This document shows positions 12,101 to 26,169 of a stretch of DNA of 64,000 nt, piece after piece. The stretch is taken from the NCBI RefSeq assembly GCF_003704095.1, contig NW_020847681.1, positions 310,001 through 374,000 of the forward strand. Reading direction: 5' to 3'. The notes beneath the pieces were generated by a model. It did no database searches, was not told where the DNA came from, and saw only the letters and a list, made by a program, of their open reading frames with translations. The stretch comes from Pocillopora damicornis. Lineage: Eukaryota. Position 1 is the first letter of the stretch, and every line of letters begins with the position of its first letter. A program made the translations under genes and the position numbers.

Positions 12101-15100
12101 CTCTCTAAAGGAGTTTCGTCAAGACTAAGATCTGTCGTTGGTGACGTAGCTGTCTCCTGGACATTAAAATCCAAATATCCTCCTTGTGGACGAAGCCAGA
12201 ATTCAAGACTTGGAGATTGTCCGATAGATAACGGCAATTCGTCTGACATTGTTGTTAGACTGGTGGTTGGTTGAGCGGGAGTAACCTTCTTTTGATGCTG
12301 TGACGTTTCCTGCTGTAGGGGCGATTCCTCAAAGAGCGATTTTTTGACTGACTTTGGTGTAGGCTGAAACGTGGTACGGTTAAAACTTTCGTGTACAGAG
12401 GTGCTGTAAGCGAGCTTATCACTAGAATGGTTGAGAGACGAAAACAGTCGCAATGACGATGCACCACGTTCAGGAGATTTTTCGTGGACCAAAGAGGTCC
12501 TAAGTGGACTTGAGGACATTTTGCCCTCAGAATACGTAGCACCACTAACATCTGGTGGAGGAGTATCCCTTGACAGGCCTCCTCTGACAGGACTGGGAGT
12601 GGATGTTTCAGTAGATTCGTCAAGGATGGTTTGGAGAAGGCGACCAGTCTTTGTCTCAGCGTTTTGTCGAGTCAATGTTTCCTCTTTTACTCCTTTGTAA
12701 CCTGTAAAAATCATGACTTCGTCAGAATGAAACAGTACTTATTCCATGAAAAATGGTAGGTGTAAAGGAAAAGAGAATTATTTCGCCTAAGGACGAAACT
12801 GTTTGTGAGTGAGATTTTTACTGGCTTAAAAAAAAAGTGGAAGCGACAACGCGCAGACAAAAGCGAAACCACTCTTACCGTCGGATTTAGCTGGAGTTCT
12901 AGGAATCCGATCTCGCGGTTTAAATGCGTCTTGTCCTGATATCGAAAATAAGAGTTGTTATATTAGACTATTAAACACTTTTATTTTAGTATTTCACAGC
13001 CCTAGGTTGGTAGCCTTAAGGTTTGTTACTGTTTTATTTGCCCACACTTCTAGAAAATGTTGGGCACTAGTATATCCTAGAGCAGCCAGTCAATCTCACC
13101 TAGTGCACCAGCAGGATCCTCCAATGCTTGAGGCTGCAATAGAGACCGGAGAATATCACTCTGTAAATACATCCATTAAAAGTTGTCTTCTTTCCTCACT
13201 TATCTTCTAAATCCTTCTTAAATTTCGGACCAATGGCCTTAAGATATATGATAATATACTATAGATAGATAATTATACTATACCATAACAAACGGATCTC
13301 AAAGTTCCTGTTCCCATGACATGTTTTAAACATCATAGACTGAGAGCACATTTGATTTCTGAGTACAAAAACACCACAGCCCTTGGGAGGGCTTCATAAT
13401 CTTTCTTTCTTGTACTAAAAGAGAAACCATTCCTGTCTTAGAAAGGAGCACCCGAGAAGGTATCTCACCTGAGGGGTGGTGGCACGGGATGAAGAGCTTG
13501 ACGATGAAAGAGAGCTTGAGGTGGTTTCCTGTACAGCAACAGCATCTGCGATCTGTAAACAGAGTTACAATGTGACAGGGGTTAAACCTTGTAGCTGTGA
13601 TTCAGTAAAACTCGTGACAGCCAAAAATGGAGTAGTAACCATGGAGAAGGAGAAAGACTGAGAGAATACCAAGAAAGTTCAATCTTTGATAGCTCTTCAT
13701 TCACTTAAGTGTAAATACGTGCTGTTGTAAAGTATAAAGTCGATACCTGATCTGCCAAAATGTTCTGTACTGTAGGTTTCAGAGACTGGTGCTTTGGTAC
13801 AATTTCAACTTGCTCTGCTCTTGGAGTGACATATGACTTTTTGAAATAGAAATACACATACATTTCAGACAACAAAAAGAATTGCAGATGACAAAAAAAA
13901 AAAATTCTCGACAAATACATTGCATTAGAGCCTGTTTAGGCAATGATTAACTTCACATCTAATACTAAAATAAAAAGAGAAAATGTCTGGTGACTAAGAG
14001 AGTGAAAATGGTAGCTAAAGAAATTGTCTTAATGTTTGCAAGTTCCCTCTTACAGATGTGTGAATTTGAGCCAGGGATATCATGATCCTGAGGTTGTTAG
14101 CTGTGGTGAGTAACTTTGTACATGTATATTTGGAACCATATTATGCAGAACAACGACTGCAAGATTTTCACACATGCTCAAGCTTTTAAGCTTAAAGTAG
14201 TGAACACCTACTGAGTAAGGTAGACTTTTTTCAACATATGGCTGGGATGGCTTCTTTTTCTTTTCAGTTGATTGGGAGGTGGCAGTTTTTGTGTTCAGAA
14301 TCTAAAGCAAAGAATAAAACAAGGAATCTTTCCCAATCAAAGAGTTCTTCCTCAGTGAAGATAGATGATTGGCTGGATAAGGTGCTGTCACTGATTACAG
14401 CTAAGGAAGTATAACAATATTCCGCAAACTTCATCTGCCATAAACCATATTTTGTTTCATTACTAAGTCACATGATAATTATGGGAAACAAGACTAATAC
14501 TTGTATTATAGTCAGCTTAACAAAGGTAAATATGTAGTAATTATTAAAAAAACTTTCACTGACTCTAATCAGAATGATTGCTTCTTTAGTTTAATCTGTA
14601 TTTTGATGATCATCAGAGCAGCTGAGCTTTTTTCAGTGTATTTGGTCTTCTCAAGAAATATATAGAAATTGGCAACAGGCCACTTTCAAACCTTCATGCC
14701 TCAGTATCATAATCATCCACCAAAGGATGATAATGGAAAAAGGAAATGTACAGTGTCATTCTCAGCCAATCAACCCTTGAGGCTCAGGGAAGAGGTACTT
14801 TGACTGATTGATTCTTACATTTTTGTTTCCAGAAGTTATTTGACAATTCATTTACATGACATTTAATTGATTGTAGGTAACACAAACAAGATGAAATCAG
14901 AGGAACAAACATTGTTTTGAATTTACTGAGTTTTCAATTCTTCCTATACTGAAAACCTGATGATGATGTTTGCCCAGCTCACCACACTATGGACAGAGAT
15001 TGCAGCAATTACAAGCATTGCAGTGCTCATTCAATTGAATAAAGATGTAGTGGTACAGATTTTTCCTTGGTTTAGAAAATCTCAAATCAATTTAACTTTG

Positions 15101-18100
15101 ATTTTTCGTTATCTCCAGTCCATTACTGTAACCTTTTCAACCATAAAAATTGAACTACAGTATCACTAAATGTGTGAAGAAACAAAACCATTACTTCAGT
15201 TGCATGGCAATATTGTATTGGCCTTGGAAGCCTGGAAGATTTCTCCTTTTTATTTCTGAAATAAATGAAATTTAATAACAGTAAATAACCATGCCGGCTC
15301 AAGATGTAACCTTTTAGCAGAGTCACAAGAAGATCTCAAACATACTTGGGCTTGAGAAGAGATTCTTTTTCACCTGCAAAGAGAGATCCACGTTCATATC
15401 AATGCAATTCAATTTAATACAATATTTATTGTAATACCTTACATGCATCTACTATAGGAATCGTGAAGAGGATAGGTGTGAAAAAGAATATTCTATTCAA
15501 TATCTTTTCAATTTCTTTTAAAGGCAAAATTGTTGAAAAAAAAAAAAAAAAAAAAACCTTCTCAGACATGTAACTTGTTTTAATGCCAAATGTAAATGTT
15601 GGATTGTAAAGCAGACCACAAATAATTTTCAATAATGTTAGAAATAAAGCTGGTCACTCTCCTTGATCCTACATGTACACTTACCATGCAACTGCTTTGT
15701 TCTGGCAGATTTGGTCCATGCTTGAATTACATCTGGTGTAGAAACTAAAAACAAAATGAATGTAGAAATGATAGTATAAAACTAGTAATGGATAATGAAG
15801 ATTCTCATTTCTTAAAGATGTGCCTGTAACATTTACCTGTTTCTGGTGAAAGCTTGAGACTGTCCTCAAAAGAAGTAATTCTCTGTGCCATTGGTGTGTC
15901 AGCAGGTGCAAAGGATACTGGGGGAGTAGGAGGAACTAGTCCAAGATTCTAACATTCATCACAAAATATATATTAAAAGTAATCCCTTCAAGTTTTAAAA
16001 ATGGGAATCAAAAGCACACAAAGATGACAGAATTAAGTTCAATTTGAATATGACAGTGGAGATATTATTATTATTATTATACTGTTTTAATGTTATATCA
16101 ACTAGCCTACCCAGACTCTCAACCAACTTACAAACACAACAGGTCCCTGTGTTGCCTTGCTAGGTTTTTGCTCCAACATCCTGTAACATTGTAACTTCAA
16201 TTCCTTGATAGATTCCTTCATGGCTGGCATAGTTTCTTCTATAGCTGCCCTTTAGGAAAAGCATTACGTACAGCCATATTAGAGGACTTTCAAAATTTTT
16301 AATGGTCTTTAGAAATGCTAATGTCTATTCAGTGTTAAAACACTTCATATTTTGCCTACTTAACCATTAATTTCACCCTCAAAAATTATTCAGTTCATCA
16401 TTAGTCTAATTTTGAAACAAATGTAAATACAGGTATGAAAATTTTGAACAGTAATGTCTCTATTGCAATGTACATGAACAGTAACACATGTTTCCATCTC
16501 CGATGCCTTACCTTAGTGACTTAGTGTTGGTAAGATGTGCCTCATGGGTGTGAAAAGCTGACCTCACTGTTGGACAGTAATCATCCAAACTGGGCAGAGG
16601 TTCTATTAAACAACACAATGTACTTTCAAGTTAATCATAAAAGATAGTACATGTACTATGTAATGGATTTGTCTGCAAATTTTCGGCGTAAGTTAATTGA
16701 AGTCACGAAAGATAGTCAACCTTCAAAATCATGTTTGCAACTTTTAGAGAACAAACCTTGGCAAATCTGCTCCCTTATCTTATAAAGCGACAAATTCCAA
16801 AGTTGAATCAGACTGCATTGAGGAAAAAAGTCACAATAAAAATAATGAAGTCAAACACAGAAGAGAACTCTAGAAAGGTACAAATACAAATTAAAGTACT
16901 ATAATTGCTTTATAAGGTACTAGTACTATTGCTTTCTTTAATACCTAGTGGTGTACATCAAATGTTAATTTCTGAAGGGATATAATTAATTTTTGTTCTG
17001 TTAAGGGAGAAAAGTATAAGGAACCTTCATTTAAGACTTAACTGAACACATGCAAGCAGAGAAAAACTTTGACATCTTTGCCTCTGAACATCAACTCAAA
17101 TAATAGCTTGGGCCTCAGCTCAATGTCTAACCTATTGCTCTAACTTTAAACTATTTTTAGAATGCTGGTTTACAAACTTAGAACATACTCCTCTAAAAAG
17201 ATGTCAGCAAATATCAGCACTGTACAAAACTGTAAAACTACTAGTAACTCATAATGTTTGTATAACCAATCAAACAATGAAATGGAACAATGAAACTTTA
17301 CCGAAAAGTCAAACCGGATTCATCAATGCTGTCTGAGCCAAAGAAAAATTGCAAAACTAATAACTATCATTCAGTTCCTGCCTGACTTGCAACATTCAAC
17401 TGGCAAACCACAGCTGAGGTTGTCAAAATGTCAGTCAATGTCATTGCATGACAGCAGCCCTTTTAAGGAGTACCTTCATTCAGACAATTATATAACTTAA
17501 ATCAACTAGAACATTTTTTACTTAAAAAACTTCATCTTATTAAAATACTGACAGTGTGATCGACACTTGTAACACTTACCTCAAAAGATTCACTTTTCCA
17601 CCACAGTAAGTATCTTCAATATTTCTCTGAGAAAAAAAGTGAGATATCACTGAGAAAACTCATGTCAGTTCCTCAAATAAGGAAGATTAACAAATGATTA
17701 TCATTTATAAGAAATAAATGGCATAAGTCATCCCTTCATACCTTTTTTATCTCCCTTTCAGAATCTCTCAGCAGCATGTCAGGAACCTGGCAAGGTTATG
17801 AAAGAAGTATTATTAATCCTTTAGTAATTAAACAACTGAGGAATTTGGTGAGGGTCCTTTGCACTTAACAATCTGGATTTGATATCAGTAGTGGTTTTAC
17901 AATACCAGTTACAATTTTTGTACTTTCATGAGTATCATACATCAAAGAAACAAACAGAGTACCCTTAAGATTACATATTTACTGATACATGCATGCCATG
18001 GCTAAATTTGACAAAAGAAGTTAATGGTCAAGAGAACCTGGCGAGTTTACATTTTTTTATATTCCTGTCACCTTATACATATCAAAATGTAATAATTTGT

Positions 18101-21100
18101 ACCATTTGTGATGCCTTGGAAAACAAGTAGCAGCAATTCAATCAATCCACATCTAATTATGCACACAAAGTGGACAAAATGTTATTATTATATTCCAATT
18201 AATCTAGTAACTGAGATGCATTTTTCACTCACTCTTGGTTCTATGTCTGAAACATCAATGTGGTAGTTGTTTGCTTCACCCATGAGCACTGTGTCAACTA
18301 TCTTCCTCTGTTCAATAAGGTACAGAAAAATTTTAATAAAAATAAAGTTGAAAAAAGAGGGTCATCAATGAAAACAACTTAACAAGTGAAATTTTTAAAT
18401 TTTTGCATAGAAAGCTATTTACATACCTGAGGTCCCTGCATAGAGTGGAATTCTGCAATTCCAGTCCACAAGTCTCGAACCTGCCAATAAAACATGGTGT
18501 AAACAAGTTTTTAACTAACTTGCAACAAGGAAATACACTTATCAGGGACATTACATTAAGAAACCAGCAAATTGCAAATGGTGTAAGAGTCCTTTAATCC
18601 ACACTGACATAAGAAGTCTATGATTTTATAGGAAGATGTCAGATTTTTTCTGTGTTTAAAAACTGATTATGTTCAATCAGTGAAACAAATCAGTGAAAAA
18701 GGTTCTTCAAAGTAAACCCTAGGATTTGTAGAATGAACCTATAGCTTAAGACAGTTTAGAATTCTTTTTCAAGTTCTTAAAACCAATTCTTTCATGAATT
18801 GATACTACTGCTCTTTTAGGTATGTATCCCTGAAACTAATATCAAAACATTTCCTTATTATTTCTCAGCAAGTTAAGATTTTTCTCTGTTGGGCTAAGTT
18901 TCCATAGCAACATTGCAACCTCTCATTGGCACTCTTAACCTTAGCATTCAGTGTTCTCAACTCTAAAAAAATTCTTTGATGACTCCTGTTTTTCTTGTCA
19001 CATTACACTCAGGTAATCAACATTCATCTTTTTACAAAGGGTATCAGGGTCAAGCCACCTAGTAGTCTAAAAGTTCAAGTGGTTCTTGACCTTGTAACAG
19101 GTTCATAACCATTTAGTTTTCCTGCCATGTTGTTCAGCATATAATAAAGGAGGATCCACTTGATTTTTAAAAGAAATAATTGAGCATGGAAAACCTCCAT
19201 AATTAATCCCTCATTTGATTGATGATTACTGCCAATGTAAACCCACATCTGAGTGGATGTGTAATAGAACTTCTACCAAAAAAAAGATTTGTCGAAGACA
19301 GAGTGTGCCTTGGACAACTGAACTGCAGCTGCCAGGCCTAGTTACTGATGATATATGAGTTGAATGTGTAGTTTACCATCAGGTGGTCATAAAAGAAATA
19401 AATCACTGCCAACCTTTTGTAAATACTGTGTCCTTTTGAGAGCTTCAACATCTTCTTGGTAATCAGTCCTTATACTGAAAACAAAAGTATAAACAATGCT
19501 TTATCTAATATTCCCTAACTCTTTTGTTATGTAATCATTCATTTATACAAACTTACTCCTGATATTTCAATCCCTGGCTTAAACATGCTATGGATTTTGG
19601 CAATTTGAGCCTTGCTCAGTAACTTGTCCACTGACTGACAATGTTGCAAATTCTCCTTTTTCAGAAAGAGATTATTTTACACAATGTGTATACTTTATGG
19701 AAAAATATGCAAGCACAGACTCAATAAATACCTCTTACAACCAACAATATTGCACTTAATTTAAAATACAAAAAGTAGAAGCACATGTGGAATCAGCTGA
19801 TTGTTAAAAATAAATGAAGTATTAAGTCCTACCCAACACTTTTCCCTCTTGTTGCAATAACCCCATCCAGTTCCAAGATATGTCGCTCAAGATCACGCTT
19901 CTTTTTAACTAGAATTCTAAATTCTTTGGTTGACTCCCTGATAGAGGGTAAGTATAGAAGATAAAACAGTAAGTCACCCAAATAGATAAATCAAAGTATA
20001 ATTTTGATGAGAAACTTTCTGCAAGGAGAGTTATATCAAACGATACAGAACAGGCTGTGGTATACAGTTGCTTATTTCTAGTTAGATCACAGTAAGTACA
20101 TTACCTCTGAATTGTGCTCCACATCAAACTGACCAAATTTATTTTGCTACATGTAGGTCTACTCAGGTCATTGATATATGTAAGTTACTGAGAGAGGTAA
20201 CATACTTTAAAACTATAACACTTTGTCAAAAAAAAAAATTATTGGAAAGTTCCAGGTTAGAAAGTACAATTATGAAATGTTCTACCATTTTGAGAGTGGT
20301 CTTTTTAGTAAACCAAAGGCCTTCAAAATCAATTCAAGGTCTTGAAAAGATTTCCAATGCTAATAAGACTACACATAAGGATCTGAAGATTTCTTGCAAA
20401 TATGTTTATTCTAGATGATTAACAAGTTCCTGCCAATACTCTGAATGTTCTAGAGGAACTTGATGAAACTACACTGTTTTTTTGAGTGCATTAGCATTAC
20501 TTTCTGCCCATTTTCTCACTTCTTGTAAATACTAATCATTATTTATGGATCTTTGGCTAAAATAAACCACGTATCATTATACATACATGGCAAATTCTTT
20601 CCAGTGATTTTCCACTTCTACTGCATGTTGTGCAAACTCTATAAATCTAAATAGAAAACAATAAAATGTTGTTGAGATGCTTCACCACAACATTTCCACC
20701 ATTTCAACCAATATTATTATATGCTGAGACATTTCAATTGATGACTGAAAAAGTTTGATAGACACTCTGGGCTCTACATCATTTTACATGTTATGACTAC
20801 CCTTTGAAGGTTTAAAGGATTTTACATTCATAATTTATGGCACTGATGACAAAAGCAATAAGCTCATTTTAACCTCAAAAGCACCTCAAAATTTGATTGT
20901 GCTCCAGACGTTGGTTGTTTCTTACCAACAACCTGGCAAACAAGCTAAACAACTATTTTTACATAAACCACAAACTCCTTTTGCAAATATGCACTATATA
21001 TACTCAAGCAGAAGACCATGACAGTTAATGAAGTGCTAAGTACTGTTTGTCTCACAATGCAAAGTATAAATTGCATTCTGCAGGGTTTAATTTTTTGGAT

Positions 21101-24100
21101 AATCATATTAGTTGTAAACTTAACCACACTCACAAGTTCAAGTCCACTGCCCTTTTAACTTGTGCCAATGGTATATTTGAAAAATTTACTACTGCCCTAC
21201 ATAGCAAGGCATTTGCCCTGTGTTCAAGTCACATACTACATTTCATTCACTCTTAGTTCAGCAAAAAGAAGCTCTTATCTACCAAACAAAGAAGATGGCA
21301 TAGTCTACAAGATTCCCTGAGGACCTAATGGTAAGAGAATATACCAGAGAAATAAACGGAGTAGTTGCTCATATACCCAAACATATGTAAATTTTGTCCA
21401 GACTACAAATGATTACTTTTCATATAAAACTTGACAGGACTTTACCTTTTCTTTAAAACAACGAAGTGGGCCTCCAGTGCTTTAGACATTACATGTGTGA
21501 AGGAATGGTTATGAACAGTCTTTGTTGGAAAAGTAGGAATGCTGATAATTTTACCTGTTTGAAACCAGTCAAGGAAGAGAAATTAAAAAGCGGAGGACAT
21601 AAAAATTCTTCCATGCAGGAAAGTAGGCAAGTGGTGAAACTTAACTCTGACAATTTTGTCATAGCTGGCAAGAACTGACAATAAAAGCAGCAAATTACAA
21701 AGTGCAATGGGGCTGCACCATAGCTTGATTAGAAAAAAAAACTTTTATGGTAAACTATGTACAGTAGATCTTTGAACCCACCCAGTTTGTAAAACTGAAA
21801 TGTTTGTTGACTGTCAAAAGAGACATCATGCTGCACAACCCTGTTTTAAATCTCAACATCTTTATAAGGGTTTCTTTTCTGGAGTTTTCATCTTGCAATT
21901 AATGAAGAAGAAGGGAACTTGCTGGGGTATATGCCTGGCTGGCAACCAAGCAAAGGAAGTTGTTTACTAAATGAAATGATTTAGTTCTCCCAAAAGACTC
22001 AATGAAATTGTTTTATCAGTGTCAATCTCTCCATCACCTGAGTAACCCATCTGTATAGAGCTACACATATTTACTGTATGTGGTTTGTGGTGTGGAGTTT
22101 TCTCAAAGTATTATGCATGTACATGTAGGTAACCAAATACAGCAACATATATTACAAGAAATCACAATTGACTACCTGCTAAAGTAGCAAATCTAAATAA
22201 TGAACTCACCATGATCACGATACATAACTTTTGTCAACACATACAGGGAAAAATGATGAAGGAATGAATAGAAACGATCTCCTGTAACAATAAAAAACAA
22301 AAACACATGTCATGTGATGTAAAACAATTATTTGAAGATCTCTATGATACAAGTGTAAAAGGCTAAAAAGATCACCAGAAACAAAGTGAAATACTAAGCA
22401 GACATATTAGTTTCTTGAAATAGTGAGTAAAATACTGTAATGAAAGGTTATCACTAATGGAGTGAAACTCAGAAATTATGAACACCAGAAATCTCCATGG
22501 AATGTTTTAGTCTTGAAAGGTAATTACTACCCAAAATTTGTTTGTGGATTAGTGGTTTCCTCACATTTTCTCATTTTCTGTGTTATGACCTACATGGTTG
22601 GTCATGACACAATAAACATTGCAAGCATATTCCAGGTGTTTATGGTTTTCTGAGTCTGGTAGTAAAAGCCAACATGATAACTACTCAACCACAGAATCAT
22701 CTGATATAGAGACAAGATCTATATGAACATGTATATCTACCTCCAGGAGAATGGAAAAGTGATTGGACTATTCTTGGTAATCTTGCCTCTGGGTCTTCCT
22801 ATGAATTGTAACAAAACAGAAGTATCAATTTCTCTTTACAATTGATGTTTTACTGGTTTCCTGTCAAAAATTAAAAATGATTCAAATTGTTTTAAAATGG
22901 AAAGGGTCAGGCAATAGGAATCCCACTTTGGCTTTACATTTTGACTTAATGGTGTTTTGCCTCATGATTTAGGCTGAAATGAGTCTGTCTGACTTAACAA
23001 CTGTTTTCCAAGAAATCTGTTAGTTACACTGACATTAATGTCTAGTACTAAATGATCATTTTTATTCTATAACAAAGAAGGTACTTGAAGCTTTAGGCTT
23101 ATCAGTGAGTTTGTTGTTTCTGTAATATCGATAATTACTTTCAAAGGAAATCATTGATGCTCATTTTTCACCTTTAATTACCAATCATTTCCAATATTGA
23201 GTATATTACCTTCTGTACTCTGGATACCCAGTTAAAACAAACTTTCCTAAATTGCTGTTCAAGGATCTTGTCACGGACTGGCCAACAGTCCCTATGCAAA
23301 AAAGGAAAAAACAAAAACAAAAAACATAAAAAGAATAAACATAAATTACCAAGATGGATAGAAGAGACACTCAGAAGTATGACAGTTCAAGACCCATATC
23401 TCCTTTTTTTGAAATCACCTTATACTTCTAATCCATTAGAGCATCATATAACTTGAAATTAAATAAGGTTATTTTAGCATCTAAGAAATGTTTACCTGAA
23501 TTCTTCATATGCCAACTGAGGATGAAGTCTTGTAAAAAGAAAATGCATCACCACTTCCATGGCTTTCTTGTTTGGTAATGCAAACATATCACTACAAAAT
23601 GGGTTATAAGAACCATGATTAAATGGACAAACAAGATGCTACAGATATTAAACCTTACAACATGTGCAAAGTAACTAAAATATAGTAATATTTTCACAAA
23701 GAAATAGTCGATCAGGGGTTTCAATAACTTTTTCCATAAGCAGCTGCCAATAATGTAATAGGCAGCTGAGTGATACCTATACATAAGAGCCTGCTTGCAG
23801 GCTGAATAGGCAGTGGTGAGAGATCTCACAGCTGGTGGTAGAGAGCTGGTCATGGCATTATTGAACCCCCTCCTGATGTGATAGTGCTGGTAGTAACAGA
23901 GTCTCTAATTATTGGATTTAAAATCTATAGTAATTATAGTACACAATGCTTTTTCTGATAAACAGAGTATTGCATACATGCTCAAGCCAAAGTCACGTTT
24001 ACCTTTGATAGTAAGAATTCACTGTATAGCAACAGTGCAAGAAAAAAAGAATGAGCAGATGTATGGTAAATCTCTGATCAACACCAACCATGTAAATGCT

Positions 24101-24906
24101 GTATTGAAAACAAGGAGATGACTTGAACCCTGGTCTGATTAACATGGATTGCCATGGGATTGTGAGCCATAATAACAAAGGTTACAGAAGTACAGGTGTG
24201 TATAAGTATATAAATCATACACGTAAAGTTCTTCTTTGAAACCCAGCAACTCACACTTTTCCTTGGACAACTGTTTCAGTCCTTTAAAGCCTACATAACG
24301 TAGGTCTTATAGGGCTGGTGTTGTCAACCATTTTCCATGCATTATAGTAGTTTGTCTTCCTTAATATCAGTTAATGTTCTCTCTTATGTAAACCTCTTTA
24401 AACTAATTAGCGTGTTTATTTTACATATTTCCAACCTGAGCAGACCAGCTAAAACCAAGCTAAAACAGTTTTCATAATTTTCTTTGAGAAAACTTTAAAA
24501 AACTCTGATTATCACTCTTATCTCGTATTCAAAAGCTAGTCAGTTATTACCATTATCTTTTAAGAAATCGTTATAATCGAGGACTGATTTCAGAACAAGA
24601 TCTGTTTACTCTCTTTGCAAGAGATCTTGCTCAGATGATCAGAGTACGAAGCCACCTTTATTTACAGCTTAACAAAGTGACATGTTAATTGATGGTTCTT
24701 ATCGTCCACAACAACTACTTTATGGGTTGATTAATTCTGATAGCGAAAATAAAAATACAGATTCCAACTGACCGATTAAACACCACTCTGTATTTGGACT
24801 CCATTTCTTCAGGATTGAAATCCAACAGTAGCAAGTTAGTAAAAGAGATCTCGCGTAAGTCCAAATGGTTTGGCATGATACCAACGGGTTTGCTCGTTTC
24901 AGCCAT
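9107..24906 (-). CDS. HAUS6: HAUS augmin-like complex subunit 6 (multi-exon; conserved N-terminal domain plus long Ser/Pro/Thr-rich C-terminal region)
   Basis: Exon 1 is 24906-24773 (MAETSK..FTNLLLLDFNPEEM). Following exons read FALPNKKAMEVVMHFLF..EEFR, DCWPVRDKILEQQFRKVCFNW, LFHSPGG and DRFYSFLHHFSLYVL, matching HAUS6_N motifs. Large 3' exons are 12701-11692 and 10893-10365. The predicted terminal exon 9192-9107 (..PVVGQLIDFD*) is phase-compatible. Not all internal exon boundaries were resolved. Confidence 0.88.
11500..11590 (-). mobile_element. Penelope-type fragment with degenerate hammerhead motif in a HAUS6 intron
   Basis: Minus strand reads cctgaaggagattagcagtatgcagtcgaaacgtcgcag. Confidence 0.5.
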
Positions 24907-25094
24907 GATTCTGCCACACACCTCATACAGTGAAATGAAAGAAGACCAAAGAAGATTAGAATTATCTACTCAAACTAGAAAACCGACAAAAATATTTGGT
25001 CGATTCGCGCCACAAAACTGAAGTAATATTCTCCAGTCCCCAACCTCACCCTCGTTAGGCTGTTTCGCCAGGAGCCTAGAAACGACTGTTCAAA
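24907..25094. promoter_or_regulatory. Bidirectional promoter region between HAUS6 and SDHAF4
   Basis: Only 188 bp separate the divergent ATGs at 24906(-) and 25095(+). Confidence 0.7.
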
Positions 25095-25442
25095 ATGGCT
25101 GCTCCAATGTTGCATAATCTTGTTTCGTCTTTTTCTCGTGGAATCATCAGAAAAATGACTTGTAAAGGAATTCTTACCAATAATAGTATGTTGCCAAGAT
25201 TCTTTGGATTTCATTCGTCGCGATTTTTTAGTGATGACGTAAAAGACACCGAAAAGGGTGTAGATTCGCAAGTCCATGAGAACAACAACCACCAGAAGAT
25301 CGAAGGTTCGACTGATAAAGATCCTTATGCTCCGTTTCCAGACGATATCAACCCTGTTACTGGGGAAAAGGGAGGACCAAAAGGACCAGAACCAACCAGA
25401 TATGGAGACTGGGAGAGAAAGGGACGTTGCATAGACTTCTAA
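25095..25442 (+). CDS. SDHAF4: Succinate dehydrogenase assembly factor 4, mitochondrial (Sdh8/DUF1674), single exon, 115 aa
   Basis: Basic/hydroxylated N-terminal presequence and the diagnostic C-terminus [30 protein letters not shown]. Confidence 0.96.
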   Translation: MAAPMLHNLVSSFSRGIIRKMTCKGILTNNSMLPRFFGFHSSRFFSDDVKDTEKGVDSQVHENNNHQKIEGSTDKDPYAPFPDDINPVTGEKGGPKGPEPTRYGDWERKGRCIDF

Positions 25443-26169
25443 TGTTTGACTTCTTGACAAAATGGCTGCTGTGGAATTAATTCTATTGTCAAACTTTTGG
25501 TCAAACTGGGCGAAGTGTGGAACGCAACATTATATTTACTGGCTGTTCTTAGAAACACGATCCAGATTTTTTTCTGTATCATACGATAAAGCAGGTCCGA
25601 AATGTTACTTTTCCTCATTTGGATGTGATGCGTCGACCTGTTTTTGAATTTAAGAAAGTCAATTTCGGACGAATTTGACTGTGATCGCGATCACCGTGAC
25701 GATACAAATTACTTATGCTGACGATTAAAGTTAATGATAAGTAAGAGCTGTACTTGTTCATATGCTGAGGCGGAGGCCGGTAAGGTCATTTTTAGGAACA
25801 AATTGTTTGTGTTATTGTGAGTCAAAACCTGATACGCCGACAGGAAGAAGGTATCCCTCGGCTGATATAGGAGACAATATCATATATGGTCATTCTGAAT
25901 AGAGCTTGTGATTCTTGATATAATGACAACTTAAATAATGATTTTGTTAGAATGTTTACTTCGGATTTGACTCTATTCTTTTCATTTTAATTCGTGAATT
26001 GCGCGCATGCGCAAGAGCGAGTTGTAGATTTTTTTCGATTTTAGGCTTTTGAGTGCATTTGATAGTTTTNNNNNNNNNNNNNNNNNNNNNNNNNNNNNNN
26101 NNNNNNNNNNNNNNNNNNNNNNNNNNNNNNNNNNNNNNNNNNNNNNNNNNNNNNNNNNNNNNNNNNNNN

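Noticed and set aside
11966-12700. Plus-strand ORFs within large HAUS6 exons
   Set aside because: Antisense shadows of the real coding exons.
17395-17500. Possible fourth Penelope/hammerhead-type repeat
   Set aside because: Too decayed; both core segments are lost, so only a vague resemblance remains.
24975-25460. 161-aa minus-strand ORF
   Set aside because: Antisense to SDHAF4.
25998-26015. NRF1-like GCGCATGCGC motif
   Set aside because: Isolated, adjacent to an assembly gap and not linked to a gene start.
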